Positions 48,687 to 58,953 are shown, numbered from the stretch's first letter. The stretch: DNA of 64,000 bases from an uncultured Pelagibius sp. (GCA_964472095.1 CAYYIV010000022.1:4314-68313); one strand, 5' to 3'. Numbers and translations are program-made. The notes: a model not told the origin generated them from the letters alone.

Positions 48687-48770
48687 TTACGAATTTACCT
48701 GGCCTAGATATAGGTGAACCGCCGATTTCCGCAAGGCTTCTGTGGAAATCCGCCAAGCTAAGGGACCCTC

Positions 48771-49883
48771 ATGTCGTCGCTCTTCGCTCCCTTCTCCCTC
48801 AAGGACGTCACCCTCAGGAACCGCATCGCCGTCTCGCCGATGTGCCAGTATTCCGCCACCGAAGGGCTGACGAATGACTGGCACCACGCCCATCTCGCCG
48901 GCCTGGCGCGCGGCGGCGCCGGCCTGGTGATCGCCGAAGCCACCGCCGTCTCGCCGGAAGGCCGCATCACGCCGGGCTGCACCGGCCTGTGGGACGACCG
49001 CCAGGCCGAGGCCTTCGCACCTGCCGTCGCCGCGATCAAGGCCGCCGGCGCGGTGCCCGGCATACAGATCGCCCACGCCGGCCGTAAGGCCAGCGCCAAC
49101 CGCCCCTGGGAGGGCGACGACCACATTCCCGAAGGCGACCCGCGCGGCTGGCAAACGATCGCCCCTTCCGCTATTCCCTTCGGTGCCCATCTGCCGCGCC
49201 GCCCGCGGGCGATGACCAGGGACGATATCCACCGCGTGCAGCAGGACTACGCGGACGCCGCCGTACGCGCCCGCCGGGCCGGCTTCGAGTGGCTGGAGCT
49301 GCATTTCGCCCACGGCTACCTCGCCCAGTCCTTCCTCTCGCCGCACTCCAACCGGCGCGACGACGAGTACGGCGGTTCCCTCGAGAACCGCAGCCGCTTC
49401 CTGGTCGAAACCTTCGAGGCGGTGCGTGCGGTCTGGCCGGAGAGCCTGCCGCTGACCCTCCGCCTCGGCGTCATCGAGTTCGACGGTCGCGAGGAGACCT
49501 TCGAGGAGTCCATCGAGCTGGCGCGACGTTTCGCCGACAAGGGCCTCGACCTGCTGGACGTCAGCATCGGGTTCAACATCCCCGGTGCCGCCATTCCCTG
49601 GGGGCCGGCCTTCATGGCGCCGCTCGCCGAGCGCATCCGCAAGGAAGTCGGGATCCCGACGGCCACCAGCTGGTTCATCAACGACCCGCAGCAGGCCGAC
49701 ACCCTGGTCCGCGAGGGCAAGGTGGATCTCGTCATGCTCGGCCGTGTGCTGCTGGAGAACCCGCACTGGCCCTACGAGGCCGCCCGTGCCCTCGGCATCG
49801 ACAAGCCCTCCTGGGTGCTACCGGCGCCCTACGCCCACTGGCTGGAGCGCTACCGCCCGCAGCGTGACGAGGCCGCCGCGTAG
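48771..49883 (+). CDS. NADH:flavin oxidoreductase / Old Yellow Enzyme family (YqjM/NamA type)
   Basis: LKDVTLRNRIAVSPMCQYS...DWHHAHLAGLARGGAGLVIAEATAV, LHFAHGYLAQSFLSPHSNRRDDEYGGSLENR and GRVLLENPHW are present. Confidence 0.9.
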   Translation: MSSLFAPFSLKDVTLRNRIAVSPMCQYSATEGLTNDWHHAHLAGLARGGAGLVIAEATAVSPEGRITPGCTGLWDDRQAEAFAPAVAAIKAAGAVPGIQIAHAGRKASANRPWEGDDHIPEGDPRGWQTIAPSAIPFGAHLPRRPRAMTRDDIHRVQQDYADAAVRARRAGFEWLELHFAHGYLAQSFLSPHSNRRDDEYGGSLENRSRFLVETFEAVRAVWPESLPLTLRLGVIEFDGREETFEESIELARRFADKGLDLLDVSIGFNIPGAAIPWGPAFMAPLAERIRKEVGIPTATSWFINDPQQADTLVREGKVDLVMLGRVLLENPHWPYEAARALGIDKPSWVLPAPYAHWLERYRPQRDEAAA

Positions 49884-50470
49884 AGCCGCCGGAAGTCGAC
49901 GCCGCTGTCGACGTCGCCGAGACGATCCACGAAAGCGACCTTGCCGTCGGGCAGATTGGCGAGGGTGTCGGTGAGGGCGTCGGGCGTCGACCAGCGCACG
50001 CCGACGAACGGCAGGCGGAGCACCGGGCGGCGGCGGGCCCCGATCAGCCAGTAGCCGCCGTCCTCGGCGGAGCCGAACACCCAGTCGTGGACACCGAGCG
50101 CCCGGAAGGCGCGCCACACCCGCTGGCGGGTGATGCCGGGAATGTCGCTGCCGACGATGAGCGCCGGCCCGGGCGGCAGGATCGCCAGGATATGGCCCAT
50201 GCGCCGGCCGAGATCGCCTCTGCCCTGCGCCAGCACCGGCCCGTCGAAGCGCCAGAGGCCGCGGCGCTCGCGCGCCGCCGCATCGGGCGTGACCGCCAGC
50301 CAGGTGGTCCAGCGCCGGTCGCCGGCCAACGCGCCGAGCAGCGCGGCGGTGTGGCCGCGGTAGAAGCGCAGCGCTTCGAGGTCACCGATGTCGCGGGCGA
50401 GCCGTCGCTTCACCGTGCCGAGGCGCGGCGCCCGCGCCATGACCACGAGGTGGCGCCGCAGTTCAGCCAT
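49850..50470 (-). CDS. DUF2064 / TIGR04282-like glycosyltransferase
   Basis: VVMARAPRLGTVKRRLA, QGRGDLGRRM, LIVGSDIPG and GSAEDGGYWLIG are present. Its start overlaps the stop of the upstream GT2 gene by 8 nt. Confidence 0.75.
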   Translation of the reverse strand: MAELRRHLVVMARAPRLGTVKRRLARDIGDLEALRFYRGHTAALLGALAGDRRWTTWLAVTPDAAARERRGLWRFDGPVLAQGRGDLGRRMGHILAILPPGPALIVGSDIPGITRQRVWRAFRALGVHDWVFGSAEDGGYWLIGARRRPVLRLPFVGVRWSTPDALTDTLANLPDGKVAFVDRLGDVDSGVDFRRLYAAASSRCGR

Positions 50471-51164
50471 AGAGCCGGGCGATCCAGGCGGGCGGCAGGC
50501 CGAGATACCACAGGGTCAGCAGCATGAGGTTGCGCGCGGGCCTGAACCACCAGCCGTCGCGCCGGTAGCGCGCCGCCGAGGTGACCGCGGCGCTCTGCAG
50601 CAGGCGGAGGCGGTGGCCCCCAAGGCGAACGAGGCGGCGCACCAGGTCGACGTCCTCCATCAAGGGCAAGGGCCGGTAGCCGCCGACGCGGTCGTAGAGC
50701 CGCCGCGAGATCAGGAGACCCTGGTCGCCGTACGGCAGCGCCAGCCGCCGGCTGCGCCAGTTGGCCAGACGCTCGATGCGGCGGGCCTCGGGCGCCGCGT
50801 CGTCGAGGCGCAGGCGGAAGGCCGCCGCCATCTCCGCCGCGCTTTCGCCGGCGATGAAAGCCTTCACCTCGCGCGACCAGCCGTTCTCCAGGCGAGTGTC
50901 GGCATGAAGGAACAGCAGCCAGTCGCCCGAGCTGCGCGCCGCCCCGGCGATGAGCTGCGGGCCGCGGCCTGGTAGCGCCGCGAAGACTGAGGCACCGAAG
51001 CCGTGCGCGATCTCCACCGTCTCAGCGCAGCCGCCGGCATCGGCGATGACGATCTCTCGCAGCAGGCCGGCGTGACGCGCCTCGCCCAGCGCGCTGAGGC
51101 AGCCCGGCAGCAGGCTGGCCGCGTCCAGGGTGGGGATGACGATAGAAAGGACTCCGTCCGACAT
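50463..51164 (-). CDS. Family 2 glycosyltransferase, TIGR04283-like
   Basis: LSIVIPTLDAASLLPGCLSAL...EIVIADAGGCAETVEIA...GRGPQLIAGA...DWLLFLHADTRL and PLMEDVDLVRRL are present. The start is set at MSDGVLSIVIP (51162-51164). Confidence 0.78.
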   Translation of the reverse strand: MSDGVLSIVIPTLDAASLLPGCLSALGEARHAGLLREIVIADAGGCAETVEIAHGFGASVFAALPGRGPQLIAGAARSSGDWLLFLHADTRLENGWSREVKAFIAGESAAEMAAAFRLRLDDAAPEARRIERLANWRSRRLALPYGDQGLLISRRLYDRVGGYRPLPLMEDVDLVRRLVRLGGHRLRLLQSAAVTSAARYRRDGWWFRPARNLMLLTLWYLGLPPAWIARLYG

Positions 51165-51299
51165 GATGGTCCTTTCATAGCACGACCGGCGTTGGCACGA
51201 GGCCGCCACGCGCTGCCGTCACAAGCTCATGTGATTTGGCCAAGGGCGACGGCCCGTGCTAGCGCAGAGGGCCGCCGCCCGCCCAGCCGAGGAGCGCCC

Positions 51300-52400
51300 T
51301 TGCCACCCGGACCCGATCTCCCCGCCCTGCAGCGCGCCCTCGCGGCGCTGCCGGCCTTCGCCACGGTGGCACCTGCGAATCTGCGGGTGCTGCCGACCAA
51401 GGGCCTGGCGCACGACCATGTAGAGCTGGTGGGACGAGATGTGCTGTTGCGGGTGCCCAGGCAGAGCCAGTGGGCCCTGCCCGCCGGCGAGAATCTCGCC
51501 TACCAGGCAGCCTGCTTCGAGCGGGTCAGCGCCAGCGGCCATGGTCCGCGGCTCTTCGGCATCCTGCCGCCGTCGCCGGCGATCCCACTCGGTGCCCTCG
51601 CCGTTGAGCGCATCGCGGGGCGCCCGCCGCAGCTGCCGGCGGACCTGCCGGCCCTCGCCGAGGCCATGGCGCGGGTGCATGCCCTGCCGCTGCCGCCGCC
51701 GGGTGAGCGCCCGCCGCTGGCCGATCACCGCGACCCGGTCGCCGGGGCGCTCGCCGAGATCGAGGGACAAGCCACCTTCCTGGATGCCGCCCGGCTCGCC
51801 GCCGACAGCCGCCGGGCCATCGACGCGGAACTGGCCTGGGCGCGTGGCTTCGCCGTCCGCACCGCCGCCGGGGGCCCCCATCAGCCGCGCAGCCTGGTGC
51901 TGACCGATACCCATCCCGGCAACTTCCTGGTCACGCCGGACGGCAGGGCGGTCATCGTCGACCTGGAGAAAGCGCTCTACGGCGCGCCGGGCATCGACCT
52001 CGCTCACGCCACGATCTACTCCTCGACCACCTGGGACGTGGAAACCCACGCTGTCTTGAGCCGCGAGGCGGTCGCCGGCTTCTACCGCTGCTATCTGGAC
52101 ATCCTCGGCGAGGCCGCCGGCCCGCAGCGCCGCGCCGCCCTCGCCCCCTGGCTGCTGCCGCTGCGCCGGCTGCTCTTCCTGCGCGCCACCACCTGGTGCG
52201 CCAAGTGGCGGGTGCAGCAAGCAAAACCGGCCGCCCGCGGCACCGAGAACTGGTCAGCAGCCAACAGCGATCCCGGCCTGGTCGCCCATGTGGCTGAGCG
52301 GGTTGCCGACTACCTCTCGCCAGCAACCTTGGCGCGAATGCAGGCCGACTGGAGGGCCGACAGCCCCCTGCAGAAGTCGCTTCCCGAGTCGCACCAGTGA
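51300..52400 (+). CDS. Aminoglycoside/choline-kinase-like phosphotransferase (APH fold)
   Basis: LVLTDTHPGNFLVTPDGRAVIVDLEKALYGAPGIDLAH is a Brenner/catalytic-loop-like motif (HxxN...D). No ATG lies near the 5' end. A TTG at 51300 follows GAGGAG (51289-51294), and a GTG at 51231 is an alternative. Confidence 0.7.
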   Translation: MPPGPDLPALQRALAALPAFATVAPANLRVLPTKGLAHDHVELVGRDVLLRVPRQSQWALPAGENLAYQAACFERVSASGHGPRLFGILPPSPAIPLGALAVERIAGRPPQLPADLPALAEAMARVHALPLPPPGERPPLADHRDPVAGALAEIEGQATFLDAARLAADSRRAIDAELAWARGFAVRTAAGGPHQPRSLVLTDTHPGNFLVTPDGRAVIVDLEKALYGAPGIDLAHATIYSSTTWDVETHAVLSREAVAGFYRCYLDILGEAAGPQRRAALAPWLLPLRRLLFLRATTWCAKWRVQQAKPAARGTENWSAANSDPGLVAHVAERVADYLSPATLARMQADWRADSPLQKSLPESHQ

Positions 52401-52423
52401 ATCCCTGGAGTCAAGCATTCTTT

Positions 52424-52438
52424 GTTCTTGATTTGTTC
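52424..52438. promoter_or_regulatory. Alphaproteobacterial-type LexA (SOS) box GTTC-N7-GTTC
   Basis: GTTCTTGATTTGTTC sits in a T-rich context and ends 26 nt upstream of the radical SAM gene ATG (52464). Confidence 0.55.
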
Positions 52439-52463
52439 TGTTTTTGTCCGTAGCGTTCCAGCC

Positions 52464-53567
52464 ATGGTTGATCTGATCCCCCAGCGACCAAAGAAGGGCC
52501 GTGGCGCCGTCAGCAATGCCAGCGGGCGCTACGAGCCCTTCACCCGGGTCGCCGTCGACGACGGCTGGAACGAGCGCCTCGGCGATCCCGGCCCCGACGG
52601 CTTCGGCGAGCCGCCCGGCCCGCCGACCGAGGTGACCTGGGATGCAACCCGCAGCATCATCACCCGCAACACCTCGCCGGACGTTCCCTTCGACCGCTCC
52701 ATCAACCCCTACCGGGGCTGCGAGCACGGCTGCATCTACTGCTTCGCAAGGCCGAGCCATGCCTGGCTCGGCTACTCGCCGGGCCTCGACTTCGAGACCA
52801 AGATCCTCGCCAAGCCCGAAGCCGCGGCGCTACTGAGGAAAGAGCTGGCGCGCAAGGCCTATAAACCGGAACCGATCGCGCTGGGCACCAACACCGACCC
52901 CTACCAGCCGCTCGAGCGCCGCCTGAAGATCACCCGCAGCATCCTGGAGGTGCTGAAGGAAACCCGGCACCCCTTCACCATCGTCACCAAGTCCAACCTG
53001 GTGCTGCGCGACCTCGACATCCTGGCGCCGATGGCGCGCGAGAACCTGGTGCGGGTGATGCTCTCGCTGACCACCCTCGACCGTGGCCTCGCCCGGGTGA
53101 TGGAGCCGCGCGCGCCGATCCCCGAGCGCCGCCTTGAGGCGATCCGCACCCTCAACGCCGCCGGCGTCCCGGCGGGCGTGCTGACCGCCCCCGTCATCCC
53201 GGCGATCAACGATGCCGAACTGGAGGCCCTGCTGGAGGCGGCGGCGCGCGCCGGCGCCAGGCATGCGGGCTACGTGCTGCTGCGCCTGCCGCTGGAGATC
53301 AAGGCGCTCTTCGCCGAGTGGCTGGAGACCCACTTCCCCGACCGCAAGAGCAAGGTCCTCAATCTGGTGCGCGACACCCGCGAGGGCGGGCTCTACCAGG
53401 CGGAGTTCGGTTTGCGCCAGCGCGGCAGCGGCGTCTACGCCGACCTCATCGCCACGCGCTTCAAGCAGGCCGCCCGCCGCCTCGACCTCAACCGCGGTGC
53501 CGCGCCGCTCGACGTCACCCGGTTCCAGCCGCCTAAGCCGGACAACCGCCAGCTCTCGCTGCTGTAG
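52464..53567 (+). CDS. PA0069-family radical SAM protein (COG1533, SplB-like 'DNA repair photolyase' group)
   Basis: KGRGAVSNASGRYE, INPYRGCEHGCIYCFARPSH (CxxxCxxC cluster) and LGTNTDPYQPLE are present. Confidence 0.88.
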   Translation: MVDLIPQRPKKGRGAVSNASGRYEPFTRVAVDDGWNERLGDPGPDGFGEPPGPPTEVTWDATRSIITRNTSPDVPFDRSINPYRGCEHGCIYCFARPSHAWLGYSPGLDFETKILAKPEAAALLRKELARKAYKPEPIALGTNTDPYQPLERRLKITRSILEVLKETRHPFTIVTKSNLVLRDLDILAPMARENLVRVMLSLTTLDRGLARVMEPRAPIPERRLEAIRTLNAAGVPAGVLTAPVIPAINDAELEALLEAAARAGARHAGYVLLRLPLEIKALFAEWLETHFPDRKSKVLNLVRDTREGGLYQAEFGLRQRGSGVYADLIATRFKQAARRLDLNRGAAPLDVTRFQPPKPDNRQLSLL

Positions 53568-53630
53568 AGCCCCCCTTGGGGAACACGCCGCGTTAATCAC
53601 TTAAACGCTTCCATGTGTTAGAGAACCCGC

Positions 53631-54941
53631 ATGGAAGGGCATGCAAGCAGCATCACCGGATTCGCCATCGTTGTTGTCGGCGCGCTCGGTTGCGGCCTGC
53701 TGATGCGCCACTTCCGCCAGCCGATCCTGCTCGGCTACATCCTGGCCGGCGCGGCGCTCGGCCCCTCCGGTTTCGGCTTCGTCGAAAATCGCGAGCAGAT
53801 CCAGGTGCTCGCCGAACTCGGCGTGCTCATGCTGCTGTTCTTCATCGGCATGGAGCTGAACCTGCGCGACTTCCGCACCGTGTGGAAGGTTGCGGTGCTG
53901 ACGACCGCCTTCCAGATCGCGGCCGCCTTCCTCGGCATGTACCTGCTCGGCCTGCTGCTCGACTGGCCGCTGGCGCTCACCGCCGTGGTCGGGTTCGTGG
54001 TGGCGCTCTCCTCCACCGCCGTCGCCATCAAGATGCTGGAGGAGATCGGCGAGAAGCGCACCCGGGTCGGCTACGTCACCATCGGCATCCTGATCGCCCA
54101 GGATCTCGCGGTGATCCCGATGATCCTCATCATCGGCGCCTTCCGCGGCGAGGGCGGCATCGGCACCCTGGCGATCCTCAAGATCGGCATCTCCATCGTC
54201 TTTCTCGGCCTGATGATCGCCTATCTCAGCCAGCGCAAGCGGGTGCGCCTGCCCTTTACCAAGGACATCGGCCGCGCCAACGACCTGACGCCGCTGGCCG
54301 GGCTGGCCTTCTGCTTCGGCGCCGCAGCGCTTTCCGGGCTGCTCGGCCTTTCGGCCTCCTACGGCGCCTTCCTGGCCGGCCTGGTGATCGGCAATTCGAC
54401 CATACGCCGCGCCATGATCCACTACACCGAGCCGATCCAGACGGTGCTGCTGATGGTGTTCTTCCTGACGATCGGCCTGCTCATCGACGTCCAGTACATC
54501 TGGGCCAACCTCGGCATCGTGGTAATGCTGGTGTTCTTCGTCGCCATCCTCAAGACGGCACTGAACATCGTCCTCATCCGCGCCCTCGGCGAGACCTGGC
54601 CGCGCGCCTTCCTCTCCGCCGTGCTGCTGGCCCAGCTCGGCGAGTTCTCCTTCATCCTCGCCGCGCAGGGGCTTGCGGTCGCCGCCATCGACTGGGAAAG
54701 TCACCGCCTGCTGGTCGCCGTCACCGTGCTGTCACTGATGGTCAGCCCGGTATGGCTGGAGGCCGCACGCCGCCTGCACCGCATCGCGCTGCTCGGCATC
54801 ACCTCGGGCCGCGAGACGCTGCGCCTCACCGTCGGGCCGGAGGCGCTCGCGCTGGACCGCTCGCGCGGGCTCGTGGCGGCCTGGCTGGCGCGACAAAGCC
54901 GACCCGGCACCAAGGCTGGCGGTCAGGCCGCGTCAGACTAG
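53631..54941 (+). CDS. Cation:proton antiporter (CPA2 / Kef-type membrane domain)
   Basis: QPILLGYILAGAALGPSGFGFV...LAELGVLMLLFFIGMELNL is present, with about 12 TM segments and no obvious C-terminal RCK domain. Confidence 0.85.
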   Translation: MEGHASSITGFAIVVVGALGCGLLMRHFRQPILLGYILAGAALGPSGFGFVENREQIQVLAELGVLMLLFFIGMELNLRDFRTVWKVAVLTTAFQIAAAFLGMYLLGLLLDWPLALTAVVGFVVALSSTAVAIKMLEEIGEKRTRVGYVTIGILIAQDLAVIPMILIIGAFRGEGGIGTLAILKIGISIVFLGLMIAYLSQRKRVRLPFTKDIGRANDLTPLAGLAFCFGAAALSGLLGLSASYGAFLAGLVIGNSTIRRAMIHYTEPIQTVLLMVFFLTIGLLIDVQYIWANLGIVVMLVFFVAILKTALNIVLIRALGETWPRAFLSAVLLAQLGEFSFILAAQGLAVAAIDWESHRLLVAVTVLSLMVSPVWLEAARRLHRIALLGITSGRETLRLTVGPEALALDRSRGLVAAWLARQSRPGTKAGGQAASD

Positions 54942-54978
54942 GCAGTTACTTTGGGGCAACGCAGGGGGAAGACGAAGG

Positions 54979-55639
54979 GTGCCGGATTTCGTGCTGGAAG
55001 TGGAGTTGGGCCAGAGCAGCGGCAGGACCGTCATCGGCATCGACGAGGCCGGTCGCGGGCCCTGGGCCGGGCCGGTCGTGGCCGCTGCCGTGTGGCTCGA
55101 TCCCGCAAGGCTCGACCCGGCGCTGGCTTGCCGCCTGGACGATTCCAAGAAACTCTCGCCGGCCCTGCGCGACACCCTGTTCCTAGCGCTGACCGATCCC
55201 GCGGCCGGCTGCGCGCTGCTCGGCCTCGGCGAAGCCAGCGTCGCGGAGATCGACCAGTTGAACATCCTGCAGGCCTCCCTCCTCGCCATGCAGCGCGCCG
55301 CCGCTGCCCTCGCCGTTGCGCTCGACACGGCGCAGCCGGGCCGACATCCCGAAGCCGCCCTGGTCGACGGCAACAAGCTGCCGAAGCTCGCCTGCGACGC
55401 CCGTGCCGTGGTGCAGGGCGACGGCCGCTGCCTCAGCATCGCCGCCGCTTCGGTCGTCGCCAAAGTGACCCGCGACCGCGCCATGGCCGGCCACGCCCGC
55501 GACTTTCCCGGCTACGGCTGGGAGCGCAACCAGGGCTACGGCACGTCCGAGCACCGCTCCGGCATCGCCCGGCTGGGGGTCACGCCGCTGCACCGCCGCT
55601 CGTTTCGTCCAGTGCGTGAGGCACTTTTGCTAAAGGCTT

Positions 55640-55641
<2 letters not shown>
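54979..55641 (+). CDS. rnhB: Ribonuclease HII
   Basis: VIGIDEAGRGPWAGPVVAAAV, DSKKLS, IAAASVVAKVTRD and GYGT..H are present. It has a GTG start. Confidence 0.92.
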
Positions 55642-56813
<1,172 letters not shown>

Positions 56814-56842
56814 GGCGGACGGCACGCCCTCGGGATCTCTCC

Positions 56843-58180
56843 CTACCCGGCCGGCGCCGGCGCGAAGACTCGCACCGGCTGCGCGCGCCCCTTGACGGAG
56901 ATCACGCCGACCTCCCGCAGCGCCGCCTCCGCGGCGCCGGCGCAGGTATGCTCGCAGGCCAGGAGGCGCGTGCCGAGTTCCTTGTTCTTGGCCTCCAGGC
57001 GTTGAGCCAGGTTCACGGTGTCGCCGTAGACCGTATAGCTCTGTCGGCCACCGCCGCCGACGCTGCCGGCCGCCACCGGCCCGGTCGCGAGACCGATGCG
57101 CACGGCGAGCGTCATTCCCTCGAAGCGCTGTCCGGCCACCAGGTCGAGCAGCGCGCGCCCCGCCGCCAGCGCGCGCGACTCGGCCGCCGGCAGCGCCACC
57201 GGCAGGTTGAAGGTGGCGATCACCCCGTCGCCGACAAAGCCGATGACCACGCCGCCGTGGCGCGAGACCACCTCGGCAACGCCGTCAAAGAAGGCGTTGA
57301 GTATGGCGATGACCTCGACCGGGCTGCGCTGCTCCGACAGCGCCGTGAAGCCCTCGATGTCGAGGAACATGACGGTCGCCGTGTCGGTCTTGGCGCCGAG
57401 TGCCGCCGTATCAGCGAGGATGGCCGCCGCCACCTGCTCGGGCACATAACGGCCGAACACCCGCTGCACCTGTGCACGCTGGCGCTCGGCGGCGGCGCGG
57501 TCGCGCACCAGATTGCGGGCGCGCCGCACGGCGACCGCCAGGATGACCGCCGTCAGACCGATGAAGAGGCTGTCGCCGAAGCGGCTGCCGGTGCCGATGA
57601 AGTCGGGATCGAGGAAGACGGCAAGATACGCCTCCCTCGTCGGGCCCGGCGGCAGGTCGCCCCAAGTCACCGTGCGCGCCATGCCCTGGACGATCCACAG
57701 AAAGACCGCCCACATGACAGCGATGCAGGCGGCGCCGGCCCAAAGCACCAGACCGGGCGACAGCGAGAGCGCGGCCACCGCCAGAATGAGGAAGAGGGGA
57801 GTCGTTCCGTAAGCGCGGAAGGTGATGATCTGCGGCACCGCGTCGCCGACGCTGAGCGGCATAAAGATGGCGGCGACGCCCAGCACGGCCACATCGACGG
57901 TGAGGAAGAAATAGCGCTGCCAGCGCCGCTCGCGCCCGCTCGACAGCAGCCAGTGGTGCAGCAGGCCCCAGGCCAGGAAGAAGCCGATCAGCAGCAGCCC
58001 GTAGAGATTGCCGGGGAAGTTGCCGGCCAGGCCGAGCCAGAGGCCAACCGGCAGCAGGGCGACGGTGCGCCCTTTGATCGCCAGCTTGAGGCCGGCGCGC
58101 TCCGCCTCGGCAAGGTCTGCCTCCACCGAGGCGGCTTCAACGGGGTCGTGTCGCGGATCCGCAGCCATGCCGGAAACCAT
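56843..58180 (-). CDS. Membrane-anchored class III adenylate/guanylate cyclase
   Basis: About 6 N-terminal TM helices are followed by VMFLDIEGFTALSE...GDGVIATFN...RIGLATGPVAAGSVGGGGRQSYTVYGDTVNLAQRLE. Confidence 0.88.
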   Translation of the reverse strand: MVSGMAADPRHDPVEAASVEADLAEAERAGLKLAIKGRTVALLPVGLWLGLAGNFPGNLYGLLLIGFFLAWGLLHHWLLSSGRERRWQRYFFLTVDVAVLGVAAIFMPLSVGDAVPQIITFRAYGTTPLFLILAVAALSLSPGLVLWAGAACIAVMWAVFLWIVQGMARTVTWGDLPPGPTREAYLAVFLDPDFIGTGSRFGDSLFIGLTAVILAVAVRRARNLVRDRAAAERQRAQVQRVFGRYVPEQVAAAILADTAALGAKTDTATVMFLDIEGFTALSEQRSPVEVIAILNAFFDGVAEVVSRHGGVVIGFVGDGVIATFNLPVALPAAESRALAAGRALLDLVAGQRFEGMTLAVRIGLATGPVAAGSVGGGGRQSYTVYGDTVNLAQRLEAKNKELGTRLLACEHTCAGAAEAALREVGVISVKGRAQPVRVFAPAPAG

Positions 58181-58281
58181 AGCCGAGGCCGCGGGCGCGC
58201 TTCAGGGGAAATCGTGTGAACCTTTCGGGCGCCCGCTGCGACCCATGAGGCAGACAACGAAACTCCCAGGAGGAGCCCGTC

Positions 58282-58953
58282 ATGGCAAAGCATTTTTCCC
58301 TCGGTCTCTTGGCCGCGGCCGGCCTGACCGCCGCGCTCTCGACAGTCGCCGGCACCGCCGCCGCGCAGCCAAACCTCGTGCCGGTGCTCAGCAACCCGAT
58401 GAACGCCAGCGTCGGCGTGCAGAACCTCGGCGCCACGGCCGCCGGCCCGAGCCACCTGACCATCAACTGCACCAGGTTCGGCGAGGCCGACGGCGGCTGC
58501 CCGGACATCCCCGGCCTCGCCGCCTATGCCGACCCGGCCTTCCCAAACCGCGTGGTGGTCGACGTGCCGGCGCTGGAGCCGGGCGAGAGCTTCAATCATA
58601 ACCTCGCCTTCTGGGCCGCCATTCCCTGGACCCCGGGCACCTACGTCTTCGATGCCGTCGCCGATGCCGGCAATGCGGTTGCCGAGTCCAACGAGGCCGA
58701 CAACACCAGCCAGAGCAGCTACACCCAGCTGCCGGCCGTCGGCGTCGCGCCGCAGGCGCCGCTGCCCCTGGCGGCGCAGCCGGTAAAGCCGCAGCCGCCG
58801 AAGCCGGCGGGCAACGCCTTCGTTCTCAAGCAGGGCCGAAGCGCCACGGCAGCGCCGCAGCAGCCGGCCGGCCCGCAGCGCCTCGCCCCGACGCAACCGA
58901 GCGAGCCCAAGCGCCTAATGCTACGCACGCCGGATACTCGTCCGGCCAACTGA
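58282..58953 (+). CDS. Secreted CARDB-like domain protein with a Pro/Gln-rich tail
   Basis: It has a signal peptide (AGTAAAQ). The domain block runs from NLVPVL...VQNLGATAAGPSHLTI to VPALEPGESFNHNL...PGTYVFDAVADAGNAVAESNEADN, and this CARDB-like pattern ends in ExNExxN. Confidence 0.65.
   Translation: MAKHFSLGLLAAAGLTAALSTVAGTAAAQPNLVPVLSNPMNASVGVQNLGATAAGPSHLTINCTRFGEADGGCPDIPGLAAYADPAFPNRVVVDVPALEPGESFNHNLAFWAAIPWTPGTYVFDAVADAGNAVAESNEADNTSQSSYTQLPAVGVAPQAPLPLAAQPVKPQPPKPAGNAFVLKQGRSATAAPQQPAGPQRLAPTQPSEPKRLMLRTPDTRPAN

Noticed and set aside
52464-53567. The radical SAM gene as the missing 'rSAM partner' of the TIGR04283/TIGR04282-like transferase pair.
   Set aside because: It is a PA0069/SplB-type enzyme, not an ArsS/selenodomain type. 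It is separated from the pair by the kinase gene, lies on the other strand relative to the transferases, and has its own LexA-type box.
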